A stretch of 64,000 nt of DNA from a virus. Taxonomy: Duplodnaviria; Caudoviricetes. The stretch covers positions 1-64,000 of IMG/VR virus record IMGVR_UViG_3300027627_000003. One strand, 5' to 3'. How positions within the stretch are numbered: the first letter of the stretch is position 1; the number at the start of each line of letters is the position of its first letter. Below are positions 60,231-64,000 of the stretch, piece after piece. A model generated the notes under the pieces. That model was not told the DNA's origin. It searched no databases and saw nothing but the letters and a program-made list of their open reading frames with translations. The translations under genes and the position numbers were made by a program.

Positions 60231-62954
60231 CTAGGGTTCTTCGTTATATTGGAGTATCCTTTGTCTTTTCCTCACTGCGTGTGTTTGGTCACCTAGTGCA
60301 TCTTGTACTTCTGCACCTGTTCTAAAGTAGCTACCTACATATACTTGCGCTCCTGTCATATATTGTACTTGCTCTTTATACCAATCTACTTGATCCCTCA
60401 AGCGTTTAGAGTCACCTAAATGATCTAAACGGCTCACTAGATTGATCGAGGTCTTAAGTGGTCCTAATGCATACCTGTTCATAAAGTTAGCTGTGGATTC
60501 TCTATTTCTCTTATTGAGAGCGCAGTAGAGTTTCCCGTCTATCTTTACTACTGATGTAATGGTTTCCACATAAGACTTCCGAGCTAAGATACAACCTGCA
60601 TGGAATACAGGTATACTTCGTGCTGGAAATTTATTTATCCAAGCTGACGTATAACTTTGTACTTTTATATCTTCAAATAAGAACTCCCATTTTTTATCAA
60701 AGTGTACTCTTTTATCTGTGTAGTTTTTAAAGAAATGAAATTTAAGGTCTAGGCTATTAGCTAGTTCAAACCACGGCTGGCAAATGTCCTCTTTAACGTC
60801 TTCAGACATATCTCTAGGAGAGACAGCAATAAAATCATCACCACATAAATCATAGGCATATAAGTTACCTTTACGCCTTTGCTGTTCCGTTTCTAGTAGG
60901 GCAGGCAGTGCTAATAAAAGCCATAGAGCGGGCGATAATACAAATCCTGTGGGCAACGAGCCAACACTAGGTACATTGCCATGCTCTGCCGTAAACACGA
61001 AATTTTCGGCTATTACGTTATCGTAGAGGTAGTCCTTGAAGACGTAGCGGAGAAATTTACTTGCTGATTTAGAAACTAATTTATCTACAGCATTTAAAGA
61101 TAAGTCTAATCTCTTTATAAAATTATCATGTTTTAAATTGATGTTATCAAAACATGATTTTACGTCCATATTACACAGTGCGAAGTCTTTATTTTTGTCT
61201 AGGCTTTGGGATATGCGTTCCATTGTAAATAAGGGTACGGCTAGACCTGGAAGATAATTAGATACCGCGTAGTTAAGTTCGTCGCGGTTTATTTTTTGGT
61301 ATATGACTTGAAATATTCTATTGGCGAAACTTTCAAATATAGAAATGAGTACTGGCTGTTTGCAGACTACTCTTGTTTTTTTCTCAGATACTAATTTGCG
61401 GATAGATACTTCTACGGGTTCCGGTAGTAGGGGATTTTTAAACTCTTGTAGCCAAAGGCTAATACAGTCTTGATAGAGTTCAAAAAGGTCTTTATCGACT
61501 TTTCTTATTTGATCTAGTCGATGTTCTATGTCATGACCTTCATAATATATTTTCTTAAGTTTTTTAGACGTTAAGTTTTTAGTACCTAGCGTTGATTTTA
61601 ATTGAAGTAACTTAGGTCTAATACGTTGGAAATAAGAAACGTCTTTAAGAAGAATACCGCTAAGGTTTTCAAGACTGAAATCGGATTTAAGGTATTCATC
61701 AAATATTGGTTGCCAGCGGTTATCGACAATTTTTTTACGTTTTTTGGTATTAGGCTTAGTAATACTGTTTTCATCTACGATATTATCAAAGGCTCTAATC
61801 TGATGTTTATCTAAAGTAAAAGATGAATTCTTTAGCGATGCGGTCATGCGCGTGCGCGGGGTTAAAAACCTAACCTCGTAAGGAAATGTATAGCCGTGCT
61901 TTTTTTGATCGACAATTTGCCCATAAGTAAATGAGTTATGGTCGATTATATAAGTGCCTCTGGAGATGGTTAATAAAGTTTCTCCGTTGGAGGCAATTTT
62001 CTTATATGGATTATTTTTTCTTAAAAGATAAGATGTATCAAAATAAGATACCTTTTTAGTGTATCTATTTATTTGTAGGGATTCATCTACGTTACTACCG
62101 TGGAATAAAACCTCACAAGAACGATCATACCGTAGGTTATATTTTACGCTGACGTAGCTGCCGAGCATTTTCCTATACTGCTTAATATAAGAAAAGCGTT
62201 CGCTCTCAGAGCCTCTAAAACCAAGTACAAAACCAATTTTAGCTACCGACAATACTAAGTCCACGCCTAGTGTGGTCTGATAACATAAGCTGTATAAAAC
62301 ACTTAAAGGTATGAAGTTTTTAAAGGATAAAACGTAGGACTGTCTTATGTCCTCAAGAAGATCTGGGGGTATAGAAATCTCACAAGTCAAAAAAGCATTA
62401 GCAAATAAATTGCTATGAAAGTCACCTTTAGCAAAGCGTATTCTCGGTATTGATAAACGTGCAACACCTAATAACTCTTTAGTTGTTTTAGCTAAAGATA
62501 TTGCATGTTTATTTATTGAGAAAAAAGTTAAATGGGGATTTTTTGCTATAAATTCTTTACATGCTTCTAGCAATATTTGTTCGTTTTTTGGAACATCTTT
62601 TAAGTATGTATTCATGTAAGGCTTATCTTTTAAGCCTTTTAGTGTTTTAGGTAGTGTGTCTTTTTTGTTTTCTTGAAGGTCGGTTAAGAATAATGGCTCA
62701 ACGGGTGTACCGAAGAATCCGAGGTTAACGGAGGGTGTGCATAAAAGGACGCGAGCTAGTTTGATTTGCAGGTATTTAGGTATGGAATCAAAGGCGTCTA
62801 TTATTTTAGTAGAGCCTTTAATGTTTTCTTTTCTGGTACTTAGATAATAGTCTAGGAGAAATGTCTTACGTTGATTGTTACCATCATAAAGGTGACTCAG
62901 CAGTAAGGCAAAGGTGGTATATAGTAGATTTACGCTTCTATCTTTAGAATGCAT
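60231..62954 (-). CDS. Reverse transcriptase-like protein, 907 aa, with CGDD motif and an unrecognised N-terminal half
   Basis: KKTRVV, NMDVKSCFDNI (D597/D603), GSLPTGFVLSPAL (L667-G670), LCGDDFIAV (C704-D707). Confidence 0.85.
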   Translation of the reverse strand: MHSKDRSVNLLYTTFALLLSHLYDGNNQRKTFLLDYYLSTRKENIKGSTKIIDAFDSIPKYLQIKLARVLLCTPSVNLGFFGTPVEPLFLTDLQENKKDTLPKTLKGLKDKPYMNTYLKDVPKNEQILLEACKEFIAKNPHLTFFSINKHAISLAKTTKELLGVARLSIPRIRFAKGDFHSNLFANAFLTCEISIPPDLLEDIRQSYVLSFKNFIPLSVLYSLCYQTTLGVDLVLSVAKIGFVLGFRGSESERFSYIKQYRKMLGSYVSVKYNLRYDRSCEVLFHGSNVDESLQINRYTKKVSYFDTSYLLRKNNPYKKIASNGETLLTISRGTYIIDHNSFTYGQIVDQKKHGYTFPYEVRFLTPRTRMTASLKNSSFTLDKHQIRAFDNIVDENSITKPNTKKRKKIVDNRWQPIFDEYLKSDFSLENLSGILLKDVSYFQRIRPKLLQLKSTLGTKNLTSKKLKKIYYEGHDIEHRLDQIRKVDKDLFELYQDCISLWLQEFKNPLLPEPVEVSIRKLVSEKKTRVVCKQPVLISIFESFANRIFQVIYQKINRDELNYAVSNYLPGLAVPLFTMERISQSLDKNKDFALCNMDVKSCFDNINLKHDNFIKRLDLSLNAVDKLVSKSASKFLRYVFKDYLYDNVIAENFVFTAEHGNVPSVGSLPTGFVLSPALWLLLALPALLETEQQRRKGNLYAYDLCGDDFIAVSPRDMSEDVKEDICQPWFELANSLDLKFHFFKNYTDKRVHFDKKWEFLFEDIKVQSYTSAWINKFPARSIPVFHAGCILARKSYVETITSVVKIDGKLYCALNKRNRESTANFMNRYALGPLKTSINLVSRLDHLGDSKRLRDQVDWYKEQVQYMTGAQVYVGSYFRTGAEVQDALGDQTHAVRKRQRILQYNEEP

Positions 62955-63039
62955 AGAGACGTTCGTTTCACCTTAGATGATATGGGAGCACACTTAGCAT
63001 TGAGGATTACGATAGGTATGTCAAGATAAAATACGCATT

Positions 63040-63198
63040 TTAATTCTCTTTTAGGTCATCTGGGAGTTTGCTCCAAAAAGTAACTATTACTTTTTCTCCT
63101 TGTGCGAGATTCTTATTAATAAATTCGCATGGGTGTTCTTCTATTATTGCATTTAGGGTTTGATTATCTTTTTGGTACGCAACGAAATATTTCTGCAT
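63040..63198 (-). CDS. 52-aa hypothetical protein (MQKYFVAYQKD...TFWSKLPDD), not in the ORF track
   Basis: TAATG coupling with the upstream gene; paralogue of 296..520. Confidence 0.75.
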   Translation of the reverse strand: MQKYFVAYQKDNQTLNAIIEEHPCEFINKNLAQGEKVIVTFWSKLPDDLKEN

Positions 63199-64000
63199 TA
63201 GATATTGCTCCGCCATTTGGTAATTTTCTTATAAAAGATGTCGTCGAAGTCTTGAGTTTTCCCGCCTGCTGCTACAAAGAGTGCATAGCAGCATATGATT
63301 GCGTCTACGGTTTCTTCTATAAGCATTTCTTGATTTTCATAAATTGGACCTTTGTTTTCTTTTAAGTTTCTTGATGCTTTAGCTACCTCACCTAATTCTT
63401 CAATGGCGTGTCTCAGTCTAAGGTTATAATCGACTTGAGTTAGGTCGCCTAAGAGGTCGGCTATAGCACTAAGGTAGCGAGTTTGACCTGATACTTGTGG
63501 TGGTACAGTGTACTCATCTGCCGGACATAATTTTATGCTGCGTTGTATTCTAGGATCTAAAGAAAAATACTGATGATGCCCAAACGAGTTATTCCAAAAA
63601 AAATTTTCGCTACTGAACTGGTGCGCCAATTCCTTTGGTGCATAGCTAAAACCTTCTTTTTCTAAAAAGACTCTATTAAGTGTACAAAGTACACCATCTT
63701 CACTATGAAGTGGGTGCATATAGATATTTTTATTTGTTTGTACAAATTTAGCTAATTTTTTACTTCTTAAAGAAAATCCACCATTACCTACTACCCATTT
63801 CTTTTCATGTGGTTGAAAATTCCATAAGCCCGTATGCCATGGAGCGCCAATATAATCGTATTTTAAAAAATCAGATGTCCATGCTGAAGGATTAACAATG
63901 AAGCCATCTGATTGTATGATCAATACATGATCTGATTTTATATAATCGGGCATTTTATATATGATAAAATTGGAGTATTCTTCTCTTGATTTTATTTTAT
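63198..64000 (-). CDS. DUF5672 (glycosyltransferase-like) domain fused to a MazG-like domain; 5' end lies outside the window
   Basis: HVLIIQSDG, YDYIGAPW, VGNGGFSLRS, EDG; then HAIEELGEVAKA and EETVDAII; frame open upstream to the edge (KIKSREEYSNFIIYK). Confidence 0.8.
   Translation of the reverse strand, partial: KIKSREEYSNFIIYKMPDYIKSDHVLIIQSDGFIVNPSAWTSDFLKYDYIGAPWHTGLWNFQPHEKKWVVGNGGFSLRSKKLAKFVQTNKNIYMHPLHSEDGVLCTLNRVFLEKEGFSYAPKELAHQFSSENFFWNNSFGHHQYFSLDPRIQRSIKLCPADEYTVPPQVSGQTRYLSAIADLLGDLTQVDYNLRLRHAIEELGEVAKASRNLKENKGPIYENQEMLIEETVDAIICCYALFVAAGGKTQDFDDIFYKKITKWRSNI

Noticed and set aside
1183-61814. Numerous short ORFs antisense to long genes (e.g. 2397..2849, 22055..22489, 49739..50293, 57533..57916)
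   Set aside because: Shadows of well-supported genes on the opposite strand, with no motifs or RBS
60231-62954. RT as part of a diversity-generating retroelement
   Set aside because: No ~100-bp TR/VR pair with adenine-specific mismatches was seen; the 2308/3161 repeats differ by indels; the motifs are not GNLTSQ/YxDD-like
59936-63039. Group II or group I intron surrounding the RT
   Set aside because: No domain V/VI consensus, no GUGCG start and no interrupted host gene; the AAGATATA and AGACTA words occur in the wrong order for group I R/S elements
62955-63039. Classical upstream retron msr/msd
   Set aside because: Only 85 nt separate the RT from the 52-aa ORF, with no long inverted repeats
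1-64000. CRISPR array
   Set aside because: No regularly spaced repeat-spacer series; the repeats seen are coding (collagen, propeller) or IS ends

Overview
AT-rich fragment of a large contractile-tailed (myovirus-like, probably jumbo) phage genome, standard genetic code, host not identifiable from this window. About 4.2-30.2 kb is an intact minus-strand virion module: three paralogous beta-helix tail proteins, a 1797-aa wedge/tail protein, baseplate J-like and gp25-like proteins, a spike, and a hub fused to an M15 peptidase. The rest is a strand-switching accessory region. It holds glycosyltransferases, methyltransferases, NUDIX, metallophosphoesterase, GH5 glucanase, nucleotidyltransferase, ClpP, HSP20, GNAT, Zn-finger repeat proteins, a minimal ligase, two more tail fibres, primase, and ART-like, ParB-like, 2H and DHH proteins. 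Many of these genes are broken by small deletions, duplications or IS200/IS605 remnants. Main highlights: (1) a 907-aa reverse-transcriptase-like protein with a non-canonical CGDD motif, a ~500-aa unrecognised N-terminus and a hairpin-rich 300-nt downstream region; (2) a 1079-bp mosaic insertion carrying an MT-A70 methyltransferase that splits a GT2 gene with a 4-bp duplication; (3) a shared N-terminal leader on unrelated enzymes; (4) two recurrent promoter-like motifs, one sigma28-like. All family assignments come from motif recognition by eye; no database search was run.
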